From an uncultured Gemmatimonadota bacterium (GTDB lineage Bacteria; Latescibacterota; UBA2968; UBA8231): a stretch of DNA of 64,000 nt. The notes beneath the pieces are model-generated. The model was not told the DNA's origin. It worked only from the letters and a program-made list of their open reading frames with translations, and ran no database searches. The DNA is taken from positions 7,666 to 71,665 of the forward strand of contig CAITNQ010000424.1 of assembly GCA_903893785.1 (NCBI GenBank), in the 5' to 3' direction. A program made the translations under genes and the position numbers. Every line of letters begins with the position of its first letter. Positions within the stretch are counted from its first letter, which is position 1. Shown one piece after another: positions 9,985-18,858 of the stretch.

Positions 9985-10409
9985 CAGCGACTGACGGCGT
10001 CAGGGCCGCCCGCTGGTGCGGGTCCGGCGATGACCACCACGACGCGGTTGGGCAGGCAGGCCACCACCTCGCCGGCGTGGCTTACCCAACCTTGGCGGAC
10101 ACAGGCTTGGTTGGCGCAGGGGGAGGTCAGCACCCGGGCGCCCTGAGGCCCCACCTGAACCTGGGTGACGCCCAGGGGGCCGGCTGCGGGCACGATGCGC
10201 GCCTCGGACAGCGGCAATGCCAGGTGCTCCCGCCCTTCGACCCGCACCGTGGCCGCGGGAGGGGGCGCCAACGGCCGCCACCAGAGCCCCAGGGACGTCG
10301 CCAGCACGAGCGCCATCAACCCCCAGTCGGCCCTGGTCAGGCGGTGTTCCAGGGCTGCCAGGCGGGGCCCCGCTGGCGGCGTCAACAGCCATCCTCGGCC
10401 GCGCGGCAC
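9984..10409 (-). CDS. NusG domain II-containing (EetA/Lin0431-like) membrane-anchored protein
   Basis: N-terminal TM, then 'SPCANQACVRQGWV...ACLPNRVVV' and C-terminal 'DAVSR'; start codon uncertain. Confidence 0.8.
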   Translation of the reverse strand: MPRGRGWLLTPPAGPRLAALEHRLTRADWGLMALVLATSLGLWWRPLAPPPAATVRVEGREHLALPLSEARIVPAAGPLGVTQVQVGPQGARVLTSPCANQACVRQGWVSHAGEVVACLPNRVVVVIAGPAPAGGPDAVSR

Positions 10410-10431
10410 CCCACCGGGGCACTCGCTCTGC

Positions 10432-10460
10432 TTGACATGCTTTCGGCTCCCACCTACTAT
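10432..10460 (+). promoter_or_regulatory. sigma70 promoter upstream of rpsU
   Basis: TTGACA (10432-10437), 17 bp spacer, TACTAT (10455-10460), in an AT-rich patch. Confidence 0.7.
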
Positions 10461-10789
10461 TTATATTCTGTTTTGCGCTGAACCATGGTTGCCAGGCGGT
10501 CCATCGCCTCAGCGATCAAGCCGGGCCCCTCGCGCGCCTGCCTTTCAGCGCTCTACCTTGTGTTCCCTGCCCCCCGTGGCTTGCCACCGTGCGGATCGGC
10601 AGGAAGCCGTTGGCCTCGAGCCGCGACGCTCAGAGTGCATGGAGGGGGTGGTCCCCAGTATTACCGGCGACCTGCGGCCGGACACGATACGTATCGGCCG
10701 CTGCTGGACGCGACGCCAGGCAATCGGTCTGTGCTCGCGGAGTCCCTTGAGTCTGCCCTCCCCCGCCACTTTCTGTCAATGAGGTCCTG

Positions 10790-10990
10790 GTGAGTAATTT
10801 CAGTGTCGAGGTCCGCAGCGGCGAACCCTTTGAGAAGGCCCTGCGTCGGTTCTCAAGCAAGCTGCGCAAGAACGGGATCCTGCAGGATCTGAAGCGGCGT
10901 CGCTTCTACACCAAGCCGTCGGTGCAGAAGAAGATTGACCGCCAGAAGAGCATTCGGCGTCACCAGAAGGCTATTCGCCTGGCCAAGTAG
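10790..10990 (+). CDS. rpsU: 30S ribosomal protein S21 (bS21)
   Basis: 66 aa; VEVRSGEPFEKALRRF...GILQDLKRRRFYTKPS; GAGG RBS before GTG. Confidence 0.95.
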   Translation: MSNFSVEVRSGEPFEKALRRFSSKLRKNGILQDLKRRRFYTKPSVQKKIDRQKSIRRHQKAIRLAK

Positions 10991-11035
10991 CTCGCGCGCG
11001 CGCCGTCACCACGGCGCCAGAGAGCCGAGGGCCCC

Positions 11036-11398
11036 ATGCACTGGTGGGTCATCAGCGTTGCCTGCATCTGCCTGGCCCTGCTGGTCCAGTATACATGCTC
11101 CAACCGCATCCTGCGGATGCGTCAGGGGCTGTCCCTGCGTTCAATGGCCGTACGCGAGGCCCGCAATGAGGCGCAGGAACTCGAGGAGCAGGCAACGCAG
11201 GTCCGCGGCCAGCAGACCAGCCTGGTGCACGCCATCGACCGCCTGCGGCCCGAACTCCGCCGCCTGCGGAACGAGCTGAAACAGAAGGGCGTGCCCCTAC
11301 CGGAGCCGACCTTCGACCTGGCGCTGCTGGGCGAAGACACCCCGGCGGCAGCCGCGGATCCGGAAGCGGGCGCCAACCACGACGCCGCTCCGGCGTAA
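11036..11398 (+). CDS. Hypothetical protein: N-terminal TM helix plus coiled coil
   Basis: 120 aa; hydrophobic N-terminus, heptad-like E/Q/R-rich middle; directly follows rpsU. Confidence 0.65.
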   Translation: MHWWVISVACICLALLVQYTCSNRILRMRQGLSLRSMAVREARNEAQELEEQATQVRGQQTSLVHAIDRLRPELRRLRNELKQKGVPLPEPTFDLALLGEDTPAAAADPEAGANHDAAPA

Positions 11399-11455
11399 CC
11401 AACGATTGCGGCCGGCGGCGGCCACGAGGCCGTCGAAGACGACTCTTCTGCTGTG

Positions 11456-11506
11456 GACCACCAGGGATCTGGCGTCGACGCCAGGTCCCTGGTGGTCTTT
11501 ATTTTT
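11456..11506 (+). terminator. Intrinsic terminator after the rpsU-hypothetical pair
   Basis: Near-perfect 42-bp inverted repeat GACCACCAGGGATCTGGCGTC/GACGCCAGGTCCCTGGTGGTC followed by TTTATTTTT. Confidence 0.7.
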
Positions 11507-11532
11507 GATCCAGCGTGCCCCGTGGGTATATT
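11505..11532 (+). promoter_or_regulatory. Candidate sigma70 promoter for rel
   Basis: TTGATC, 16 bp spacer, TATATT, about 65 bp before the ATG at 11597. Confidence 0.45.
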
Positions 11533-11596
11533 GGGGCAGCCCGTGCCCGGCCGCCGGCCATCGGCTACCCATTCCGGGAGACAGGCGAGATCCCCG

Positions 11597-13831
11597 ATGA
11601 CTGATACCCCGCTGCCGGCCCCGTCACCGGCACAACCCGCAGTGCAGCACCAGAGTCTCAATGCCGCCCTGGAACTGGCAGGAGACCAACTGCGGCTGCA
11701 GATGCTGCTGATCGAGGTAGCCGCCTCAGACGACCAGGCGGATCTGGACCTGATCGTCCGGGCGTACCAGTTCGCCCGCGCTCAGCACGAGGGCCAGGTC
11801 CGCAAATCAGGGCAGCCCTTCCTGACCCACTGCGTCGAGGTGGCCCGTTTGCTGACGCAGATGCGCATGGACGAGGCCACGATCGCGGCCGGTCTGCTGC
11901 ACGATGTCATCGAGGACACAGACACAACCCCGGCAGAGTTGACACGGCTGTTCGGCAAGACGATCACCTCGCTCATCGACGGGGTGACCAAGATCGACCG
12001 CCTGAGCTTCGAGAGCCGCGAAGCGCGCCAGGCGGAGACGTACCGCAAGATGCTGCTGTCGATGGTCCGCGACATCCGCGTCATACTCATCAAGCTGGTG
12101 GACCGGCTGCACAACATGCGCACGCTGGAGTTCGTCGATGGCGAGGCCCAGCAGCGCATCGCCCGCGAAACGCTCGAAGTGTACGCACCGCTGGCGCACC
12201 GCTTCGGCCTGGCCCGGATACGCTGGGAGTTGGAGGACCGCAGCCTGAAGTTCAGCGATCCCGAAGCGTACCGCGCGATCCGGGAAAAAGTGGCCATGAC
12301 CCGGCAGCAGCGGGAGCAGTATATCGAGGAGTTCAAAGAACCCATCGAGCAGGCGCTGGCGGACAACGGCATCGAGGCCGAGATCACCGGGCGGCCGAAA
12401 AACTTCTACAGCATCTACACCAAGATACAGGCCCGCGGCAAACCCTTCGAGGACATCTTCGACCTGCTGGCCATCCGCATCATTACCGGCAGTGTGCGCG
12501 ATTGTTATCACACGCTGGGACTGGTGCACAGCATCTACCGACCGCTGCCTGAACGGATCAAGGACTATATCTGTACCCCGAAGAGCAACATGTACCAGTC
12601 GCTGCACACCTCGGTGGTAGGCCCCAAAGGCAGGCCGGTGGAGGTGCAGATCCGCACCTGGGACATGCACCATACGGCCGAGATTGGCATTGCCGCCCAC
12701 TGGCGTTACAAGCTGGGCCTGGGCGCGGCTGGCGACTTGGACTCCCACTTTGCCTGGCTGCGCAAGGTCCTCGAATGGCAGCAGGAGGCCACCGACCCGG
12801 CCGAGTTCATGGCCAACCTCAAGATCGAGCTGTTCCAGGACGAGATCTTCGTGTTCACGCCCAAGGGCGATCTGCATCAGTTGCCCAAAGGGGCTACGCC
12901 GATCGATTTCGCCTTTGCGGTGCACACCAACGTCGGCCTGCACTGCCTGACGGCCAAGGTCGACGGGCAGGTGGTACCGCTCGGCCACGCGCTCAGCAGC
13001 GGCGATACGGTCCAGATCGTCACCTCGCCGCACCAGAAGCCCAGTCAGAGCTGGCTGGAGCTGGTCAAGACCACCAAGGCGCGCCAGCGGATCCGCCGCT
13101 GGCTAAAGGACGAGAGCCACACCCAGAGTGTCCGCCTCGGCGAGGAGATCCTGGAGCGCGAGTTCCGCCGCTACCGGGGCGTCGTGCCCAGCGAAAGCCT
13201 GGAGCACGTGGCCGCCGAGTTCGGCTTTACTGACCTGGAGACGCTGCACGCGGCCCTGGGCAGCGGCGATCTGTCAGTTGGCCGCGTGCTGGGCCGGATG
13301 TTCCCCAACCGGCCGCGGCCCCGCGCCCCGATGCCGATGCGCGACCGCCGCGGCATCCGCATTCAGGGCCTGACGAATCTGATGATCACCTTCGCGCGTT
13401 GCTGCAGCCCGATTCCGGGCGACCCGATTCTGGGCCTGATCACGCGCGGCCGCGGCATCACCGTGCACCGCACCGATTGCCCCAATCTGCACGACCTGGC
13501 TGCCGACCCGGAGCGCCTGCTGCCGGTGGAGTGGGACGTCCCCGACGAACGGGCCTTCACCGTGCAGCTGCGGTCGCGCAGCCACGACCGCAAGTACCTG
13601 CTGTCCGACATCACCAAGGCCATCAGCGACACCGGCTCCAACATCCGCCGGTCGGCCACTCGCGCCGTGGACGGCTTGGCCGAGCAGAGCTTCTGGATCG
13701 ATGTTCGCGATGTGCGGCAGGTGGCCACGATCCTGCAGCGAGTCTCCCAGGTCGAAGGCGTGATCGAGGTGCGCCGGGTGGACGACGAGATCGCCGCGGA
13801 CGCGGGCGGGGCCGACGGGGCTGCAGCCTAG
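11597..13831 (+). CDS. rel: Bifunctional (p)ppGpp synthetase/hydrolase (long RSH, Rel/SpoT)
   Basis: HD hydrolase 'GLLHDVIEDT' and 'KLVDRLHNMRTL'; synthetase 'RIKDYICTPKSNMYQSLHT' (RxKD type); TGS 'IFVFTPKG...DFAFAVHT'; 'ARCCSPIPGD'; C-terminal ACT; start moved to ATG 11597. Confidence 0.95.
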   Translation: MTDTPLPAPSPAQPAVQHQSLNAALELAGDQLRLQMLLIEVAASDDQADLDLIVRAYQFARAQHEGQVRKSGQPFLTHCVEVARLLTQMRMDEATIAAGLLHDVIEDTDTTPAELTRLFGKTITSLIDGVTKIDRLSFESREARQAETYRKMLLSMVRDIRVILIKLVDRLHNMRTLEFVDGEAQQRIARETLEVYAPLAHRFGLARIRWELEDRSLKFSDPEAYRAIREKVAMTRQQREQYIEEFKEPIEQALADNGIEAEITGRPKNFYSIYTKIQARGKPFEDIFDLLAIRIITGSVRDCYHTLGLVHSIYRPLPERIKDYICTPKSNMYQSLHTSVVGPKGRPVEVQIRTWDMHHTAEIGIAAHWRYKLGLGAAGDLDSHFAWLRKVLEWQQEATDPAEFMANLKIELFQDEIFVFTPKGDLHQLPKGATPIDFAFAVHTNVGLHCLTAKVDGQVVPLGHALSSGDTVQIVTSPHQKPSQSWLELVKTTKARQRIRRWLKDESHTQSVRLGEEILEREFRRYRGVVPSESLEHVAAEFGFTDLETLHAALGSGDLSVGRVLGRMFPNRPRPRAPMPMRDRRGIRIQGLTNLMITFARCCSPIPGDPILGLITRGRGITVHRTDCPNLHDLAADPERLLPVEWDVPDERAFTVQLRSRSHDRKYLLSDITKAISDTGSNIRRSATRAVDGLAEQSFWIDVRDVRQVATILQRVSQVEGVIEVRRVDDEIAADAGGADGAAA

Positions 13832-13887
13832 GCGCAGCCACCCCGGCCGGCCAACCCCCTCGGCCCGGGCCACACTGGGCGCCCGCG

Positions 13888-14166
13888 TCAGTCGTCGACT
13901 GGGGGCGTGGCCAAGGCTGCCTCCAGCTTGGCGCTGATGTCACGCTCCTCGGGTGTGCGAATCCGTCCCCCGAAACCGGCCGCCGAGGCGTCGTCGATCC
14001 AGTCCTGGACCATCTGCACCTGCAGCCGGGTGAGACAAAGGGGCGTACCGTCGGCCAGCGCCTGGCGCAGACGGCGGCACAGGCGTTCTTCGTCGGGCCA
14101 GAGGCGCTGACCTCGACCTGCTAGCAGGTACTCGACTTCGCGCCGGGTCAGCGGTACCCGCACCAC
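13888..14166 (-). CDS. Small hypothetical protein (~92 aa)
   Basis: GTG start with GAAGGGG RBS; MVRVPLTRREVEYLL...; fills the gap between rel and hisC. Confidence 0.55.
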   Translation of the reverse strand: MVRVPLTRREVEYLLAGRGQRLWPDEERLCRRLRQALADGTPLCLTRLQVQMVQDWIDDASAAGFGGRIRTPEERDISAKLEAALATPPVDD

Positions 14167-14178
14167 GGTCCCCCTTCG

Positions 14179-14207
14179 TTGACAGGCCAGGGGCGGCCGG
14201 CTATATT
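14179..14207 (+). promoter_or_regulatory. sigma70 promoter for hisC
   Basis: TTGACA (14179-14184), 17 bp spacer, TATATT (14202-14207). Confidence 0.75.
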
Positions 14208-14268
14208 GCCCGGCCCGCGCCCGTCGGCGCCCCCCCTCCCCCCGCAGGGCCACGCGATCGTGTCGAAC

Positions 14269-15333
14269 ATGAGCCTTCCTCCGGTACACCTCTTCCGTCC
14301 TGCGATCGCCGCCATGCAGGCGTACGTCCCCGGCGAACAGCCCACCGGCGGCACGTACCTCAAGCTGAACACCAACGAGAACCCCTACCCACCTCCGCCC
14401 GCCTTACTGGACCGGGTTCGCGACGCCTGTTCGGCTGAGTTGCGCCTGTATCCGGACCCGGAGGCCAGAGCCGTGCGGCAGCGGATGGCGGCCCTTTTCG
14501 GGGTGCGTCCGGAGCAGACCATGGTCGGCAATGGGTCCGACGAGCTGCTGGGCATTCTCATGCGCTCTTTCGTTGACCCTGACGACGTGGTGGCGTACGC
14601 GCACCCGACCTACAGCTATTACCAGCAACTCGTGCAGACCCAAGGCGGGCGATCAGTGCGGGTGGACTATCCCGACGACTACGCCCTGCCCGAGGACGAA
14701 CTGGTGGCGGCCAACGCCAAGCTGACGTTGCTGGTGAACCCCAATGCCCCCTCGGGGACACTGCTGGCGCAGGACCGCGTCGCCGCCCTGGCCCGTCGGG
14801 TGCGGGGCCTGCTGGTAGTCGATGAAGCATACGTAGACTTTGCCGACGGCGGCGCCATCCCGCTGCTGGCCGACGCCGCCAACCTGGTGGTGGTGCGCAC
14901 CATGTCCAAATCGTACTCGCTGGCCGGCATGCGCCTGGGCATGGCCTTCGCGCACGCGGACCTGATGACCGGCATGGCGAAGGTCAAAGACCACTACAAC
15001 GTCAACCGACTGAGCCTGCTGGCCGCTGAAGCCGCACTCGATCACATCGACGACATGCGCCGCAACGCCACCCGCATCGTGGCCACCCGCACGTGGTTGA
15101 CAGCTCAGCTGCGGCACCTGGGGTTCTTCGTCTGGGACTCGGCGGCGAATTTCGTTCTGTGCCGCCGGTCCGAGCCGAGCGCCCAGGCCATCTACGCGGC
15201 CCTCAAGGAGCGCCGCATCCTGGTCCGCCACTTCGCCACCCCGCGTCTGCAGGACTGCCTGCGCATCACGGTCGGCACGGATGAACAGGCCGCCGCGGTG
15301 GTCGCTGCCCTGGCTGACATCGTCCGCGCGTGA
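14269..15333 (+). CDS. hisC: Histidinol-phosphate aminotransferase
   Basis: YVPGEQP, KLNTNENPYPP, GNGSDE, NPNAPSG, DEAYVDF, RTMSKSYSLAGMRLG (PLP Lys), LRITVGT. Confidence 0.93.
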   Translation: MSLPPVHLFRPAIAAMQAYVPGEQPTGGTYLKLNTNENPYPPPPALLDRVRDACSAELRLYPDPEARAVRQRMAALFGVRPEQTMVGNGSDELLGILMRSFVDPDDVVAYAHPTYSYYQQLVQTQGGRSVRVDYPDDYALPEDELVAANAKLTLLVNPNAPSGTLLAQDRVAALARRVRGLLVVDEAYVDFADGGAIPLLADAANLVVVRTMSKSYSLAGMRLGMAFAHADLMTGMAKVKDHYNVNRLSLLAAEAALDHIDDMRRNATRIVATRTWLTAQLRHLGFFVWDSAANFVLCRRSEPSAQAIYAALKERRILVRHFATPRLQDCLRITVGTDEQAAAVVAALADIVRA

Positions 15334-15381
15334 GCGGCACCCGGTTCAGCACGGCGCGCGGGCTCGCCGCCGTTGACAGGT

Positions 15382-15876
15382 TCAGCGCTGCTGGTACTTG
15401 AGCATGCGCGCCATCAGTTCCACTTCGGCCACGCCCAAACGCACCCGGCGAGCCACCTCCGCGGCGTCCTGGCCCTGCGCCAGCAACTCCCAGGCCCGAT
15501 CGTAGCGATTGCCGCCGTTGTCGCCGCGGTCAGGGGTCGCCGCGGCGGCGGCGGGCGAGGCGTCCGCCCGCTTTGCCGGGCCCGGGCGCGCGCCCGGGCG
15601 GTGGTCGCTGTCGACGGCTTCCGGACGCGGCGATACGGCCCGCGGTGCCTCCTCCCCCGGGGTCACCCAACGCGCCTCTACCAGGGCGCACAGCCGTTCC
15701 AGGCGACCGGAAAGGCGGCCCAACTCCTGGCGCTGCACGGTCAATTCCTGCAGTGCCTGGTCCAGCCCCCTCTGCTGACATCGCACCCAGTTGCGGAACC
15801 AAAAGGTCAACCCCAGGGCGAGGAGCAGGAACGCCGCATCCACCAGGGCCAGACCCAACGTGTCTTCGCTCATCAT
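15382..15876 (-). CDS. Membrane-anchored flagellar-operon protein with a C-terminal HTH-like end (DUF2802/DUF6115-like)
   Basis: N-terminal TM, coiled coil, C-terminal 'YDRAWELLAQGQDAAEVARRVRLGVAEVELM'; overlaps the kinase stop codon. Confidence 0.65.
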   Translation of the reverse strand: MMSEDTLGLALVDAAFLLLALGLTFWFRNWVRCQQRGLDQALQELTVQRQELGRLSGRLERLCALVEARWVTPGEEAPRAVSPRPEAVDSDHRPGARPGPAKRADASPAAAAATPDRGDNGGNRYDRAWELLAQGQDAAEVARRVRLGVAEVELMARMLKYQQR

Positions 15877-17333
15877 TCAGATCCCCGGGCTTCCTGGCGA
15901 TTGAGGGGCAGGCGGAGGATGAACACGGCGCCATGCCCGGGTTCGCTGGCCACCGTTATCGTGCCCTGATGGGCCTCGATAATCCCGTAGCTGACCGCCA
16001 GGCCAAGCCCGGTCCCCCCTTCTTCCGGACGCGTGGTGAAAAACGGCTCGAAGATGCGATCGAGGTGTTCCGGCGCGATGCCGGTGCCCGTGTCGGCGAA
16101 ACGCACCTCGACCCACTCGCCGGCTCGCCGGACCTCCACCCGGAGTTCGCCGCCATCGGGCATGGCGTTGTGCGCGTTGAGGATCAGGTTGATGAAAACC
16201 TGCTCCAACTCGCCTTGGTTGCCCTGCAGCCGCGGCAGGTCCGAGTCGGCCTCGATAGCGGTGCGGATCAGTCGCTGTTCGAGTTGGTGGGCCACCAGGG
16301 CGAGGGCCTGGTGCAGCGAGTGCACCAGATCGAACTCGACCCAGTCGCTGTCGCGCACGTTGTGACCGGCGAAACCGAGCAGGGCGCGGATGATCCGCGA
16401 GATGCGGCGCACATTGCTCTCGATCAGCTGGAGCCCCTGGCGCAGCCGCTCGGGCCCGGGGGGCTGCAGCAGCAGCAACTGAACCCGGCTGAGGATGATC
16501 TGCAGGGGGTTGTTGACCTCGTGGGCCACGCCCCCGGCCAGTTCGCCGATGGCCGCCAGTTTCGCTGTCAGCAGGATCTGCCGCTGCGACTCCTGCAGCT
16601 GCCGGTGGGCGGTCTCCAGGTCGGTGTACAGCCGCGAGTTTTCGATGGCCACGGCCGTCTGGTTAGCCAGGACGCCCAAGACGTCGATCTCGCCGGCGGT
16701 GAAGTCATCTTTGGCGCGTCGGCAGTGCACTGAGTAGATGCCCAGTTCCTTGCCCCGGACGCGCAGGGGTATGGTGACGAAACTGGCTTCGTCCACGCCC
16801 GGCTGGTCGAGGGTATCGATGTCCTCGATGACCACCGGGTGACCTTCGCGGAGCACCCAGTCAATGATGCCGTCATCCCACTGCGACTGCACCTGGGTTG
16901 ACAGGCCCTCTGCCCCGCGCAGCCGCACCGTCTGCAGACCGGCCGCCTCCGCATCAAGCAGGAAAACGCCACAGCTGTCATACGGCACGAAGCGCGCCGA
17001 CAGATCCATCAATGAGGCAATGATGTCTTCCACATCGAAGCTGGTGCTGATGGTCTCGGCCAGTTCGCTCAGGTTCAGCAACTCGTCCATGGCCGTACGC
17101 AGGGCTGCGTACTGCTCATGCTCATGGTCGAGGCGCTGCTGCAGACGAGCCACCTCGGCCTCGGCTTCGCGCAACTGGGCCTGCTGAGCCTGGGCAGTGG
17201 CAGCCAGTTCAGCGACGGCGTCGGCCAACTCGCCGGGGCTGGCCGATGCCAGCTCGGGTTGGACCGAGACCAAGGCCGCCTGCAGGCGCGCCAGGGCGTC
17301 TGACTCGGCTGCGGTGGGCACCGGGCCGGTCAC
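15873..17333 (-). CDS. Cytoplasmic sensor histidine kinase (coiled coil, GAF, HisKA, HATPase; NtrB-like)
   Basis: H-box GELAGGVAHEVNNPL, N-box QVFINLILNA, DTGTGI, IFEPFFTT, GTGLGLAVSYGII; GAF 'PLRVRGKELG...LANQTAVAIENSRLY'; no TM; start reassigned to GTG 17333. Confidence 0.9.
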   Translation of the reverse strand: MTGPVPTAAESDALARLQAALVSVQPELASASPGELADAVAELAATAQAQQAQLREAEAEVARLQQRLDHEHEQYAALRTAMDELLNLSELAETISTSFDVEDIIASLMDLSARFVPYDSCGVFLLDAEAAGLQTVRLRGAEGLSTQVQSQWDDGIIDWVLREGHPVVIEDIDTLDQPGVDEASFVTIPLRVRGKELGIYSVHCRRAKDDFTAGEIDVLGVLANQTAVAIENSRLYTDLETAHRQLQESQRQILLTAKLAAIGELAGGVAHEVNNPLQIILSRVQLLLLQPPGPERLRQGLQLIESNVRRISRIIRALLGFAGHNVRDSDWVEFDLVHSLHQALALVAHQLEQRLIRTAIEADSDLPRLQGNQGELEQVFINLILNAHNAMPDGGELRVEVRRAGEWVEVRFADTGTGIAPEHLDRIFEPFFTTRPEEGGTGLGLAVSYGIIEAHQGTITVASEPGHGAVFILRLPLNRQEARGSE

Positions 17334-17412
17334 CGTTGCCCCCGGCCACGGCCCAGTACGGTCGCCGTGCGGAACCCGCCGCCCGATGCCTGCACGGCGC
17401 CTGCAGGCCCGG

Positions 17413-18498
17413 TCACGACGCGGCCGGGGGCGGGGCCGCAGCGGCGCCCCCCTCGGTGTTGGCGGCGGCTTCCTCAGGCGGGGTCGCGGCAGGTTTCTCG
17501 GGGTCGATACCGGGCTCGTCGGGGCGCACCAGGCTGGTGAAGGCGTCGGCGCGCCCCATCTCCTGGCGCAGCTGCTCGCCGTACCGCAGGATCCGGCGGA
17601 TGGCCGACCGCGGTTCCTCGTGGATGCCGAAGGCGCGCAACGCCGCCGGATCCAGGTGCGGCATGCGGACGCCGCCGCCGTCACCAATGCGCTCCTTGCG
17701 GGCCAGGAAATCAGCCAGGTGCACCAGCGAGGGCAGCTGGGCACCGCGCTCCAGACGGCCAGGAGCGTGGTGGAAGGCAATGGTATCGACGAGTTGGCGC
17801 GGCAGGTTCCACTTCTCGGCCAGCCAGCAGCCAATCTCGGCATGGGTCACACCAAGGACGGCTTCCTCGGCTTTGCCGATGTACACGTTCTCCTCGCGGA
17901 CCATGGCCATGACCCGCGCGAACTCGTCAGGGAAGTACTGACTCAGGATGAGCTTGCCAATATCGTGCAGGATGCCGGCCGCAAAGGCCTCGCCCTGCAC
18001 TCGGTATCGCAGCCGGGCGCCCAGCAGTTGGGCCGCGACGCCGACCGCGATCGAGTGCTCCCAGAACCGCTGGCGGTCGAAGGACGTCTCGGGGCCGCCG
18101 CCGGCGAAGCGCTCGAGCACCGACACGCTGAGGCCTAGGCTCTTGACGGTCTCGAAACCCAGGACAACCACGGCATGGTTCACCGTGGCGATGGTGCGGG
18201 GGAACCCGTAGAAGGCCGAGTTGGCCAGCTTGAGGATCTTGGCTGTCAGGGCCTGGTCAGTGGCGATCAGACGCGCCACGGCCCGCGCCGAGGTGCGCGG
18301 GTTGTCGATCAGGCCAATCATCTGGCTGACGACCGTTGGCAGGGTCGGCAGGCCGATAATGCTCTGGGTTACGCGTTTGAGGCGCTGTTGACGCACATCA
18401 GCCGCCGTGGGTCGGTCGGCCGCGGGCGCGGCCACGGCGCGTGGGGCCGCGGCCCCGGTGGCCCCGGGGCGGGAGGGAATGGGGCCGGCAGGAGACAT
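17413..18498 (-). CDS. HDOD domain protein
   Basis: LPTLPTVV, DQALTAKILKLANSAFYGFPRTI, FWEHSIAV, AGILHDIGKLIL, HAEIGCWLAEKWNLP, IAFHH. Confidence 0.9.
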   Translation of the reverse strand: MSPAGPIPSRPGATGAAAPRAVAAPAADRPTAADVRQQRLKRVTQSIIGLPTLPTVVSQMIGLIDNPRTSARAVARLIATDQALTAKILKLANSAFYGFPRTIATVNHAVVVLGFETVKSLGLSVSVLERFAGGGPETSFDRQRFWEHSIAVGVAAQLLGARLRYRVQGEAFAAGILHDIGKLILSQYFPDEFARVMAMVREENVYIGKAEEAVLGVTHAEIGCWLAEKWNLPRQLVDTIAFHHAPGRLERGAQLPSLVHLADFLARKERIGDGGGVRMPHLDPAALRAFGIHEEPRSAIRRILRYGEQLRQEMGRADAFTSLVRPDEPGIDPEKPAATPPEEAAANTEGGAAAAPPPAAS

Positions 18499-18499
18499 G

Positions 18500-18811
18500 T
18501 CAGGCAACGATATCGATGTGCGCCGGGCCAACCGATGCCGGGGCGTCCGGCGGCCCGGGCTGGGGCTCGGTTTCGCGGTGCTGCCGGCCCTGCCGGTGCG
18601 CACCCCCGCCGCCCGCATCGTCGTGATGGAACTCGGCACGATCGCCGGCCTCGGCCGGCAATGACCGGCTCAGGTCAACGACCTGCTGCTGGGCCGCGGC
18701 CTGGGCGGCATGGCGGTGCGCCATTTCGGGGGCCGACTGCTGGACGTGCTGGGCCCGGCCAGCCAGCGGCGCCTTGGACAGGTTGTCCTGCAGATCGATG
18801 GGTCTGACCAT
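18500..18811 (-). CDS. Small hypothetical flagellar-operon protein
   Basis: 103 aa; MVRPIDLQDNLSK...Q-rich...HIDIVA; lies between fliA and the HDOD gene on the same strand. Confidence 0.7.
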   Translation of the reverse strand: MVRPIDLQDNLSKAPLAGRAQHVQQSAPEMAHRHAAQAAAQQQVVDLSRSLPAEAGDRAEFHHDDAGGGGAHRQGRQHRETEPQPGPPDAPASVGPAHIDIVA

Positions 18812-18858
18812 CGGACTCGCCCCTGGCAGCGCCCGGGCGGCGGCATGGCGCCCGCCGG

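Noticed and set aside
11597-15333. rel and a solitary hisC next to the flagellar operon
   Set aside because: They are ordinary housekeeping genes with their own sigma70 promoters, convergent with the flagellar operon, and show no sign of a functional link.
17334-17843. N-terminal extensions in the ORF track (kinase, fliA, flhG, flgE, GT4, SDR, OTase) suggesting fusion proteins
   Set aside because: The extensions overlap upstream genes in other frames and are Arg/Pro-rich junk. Starts were reassigned to downstream codons.
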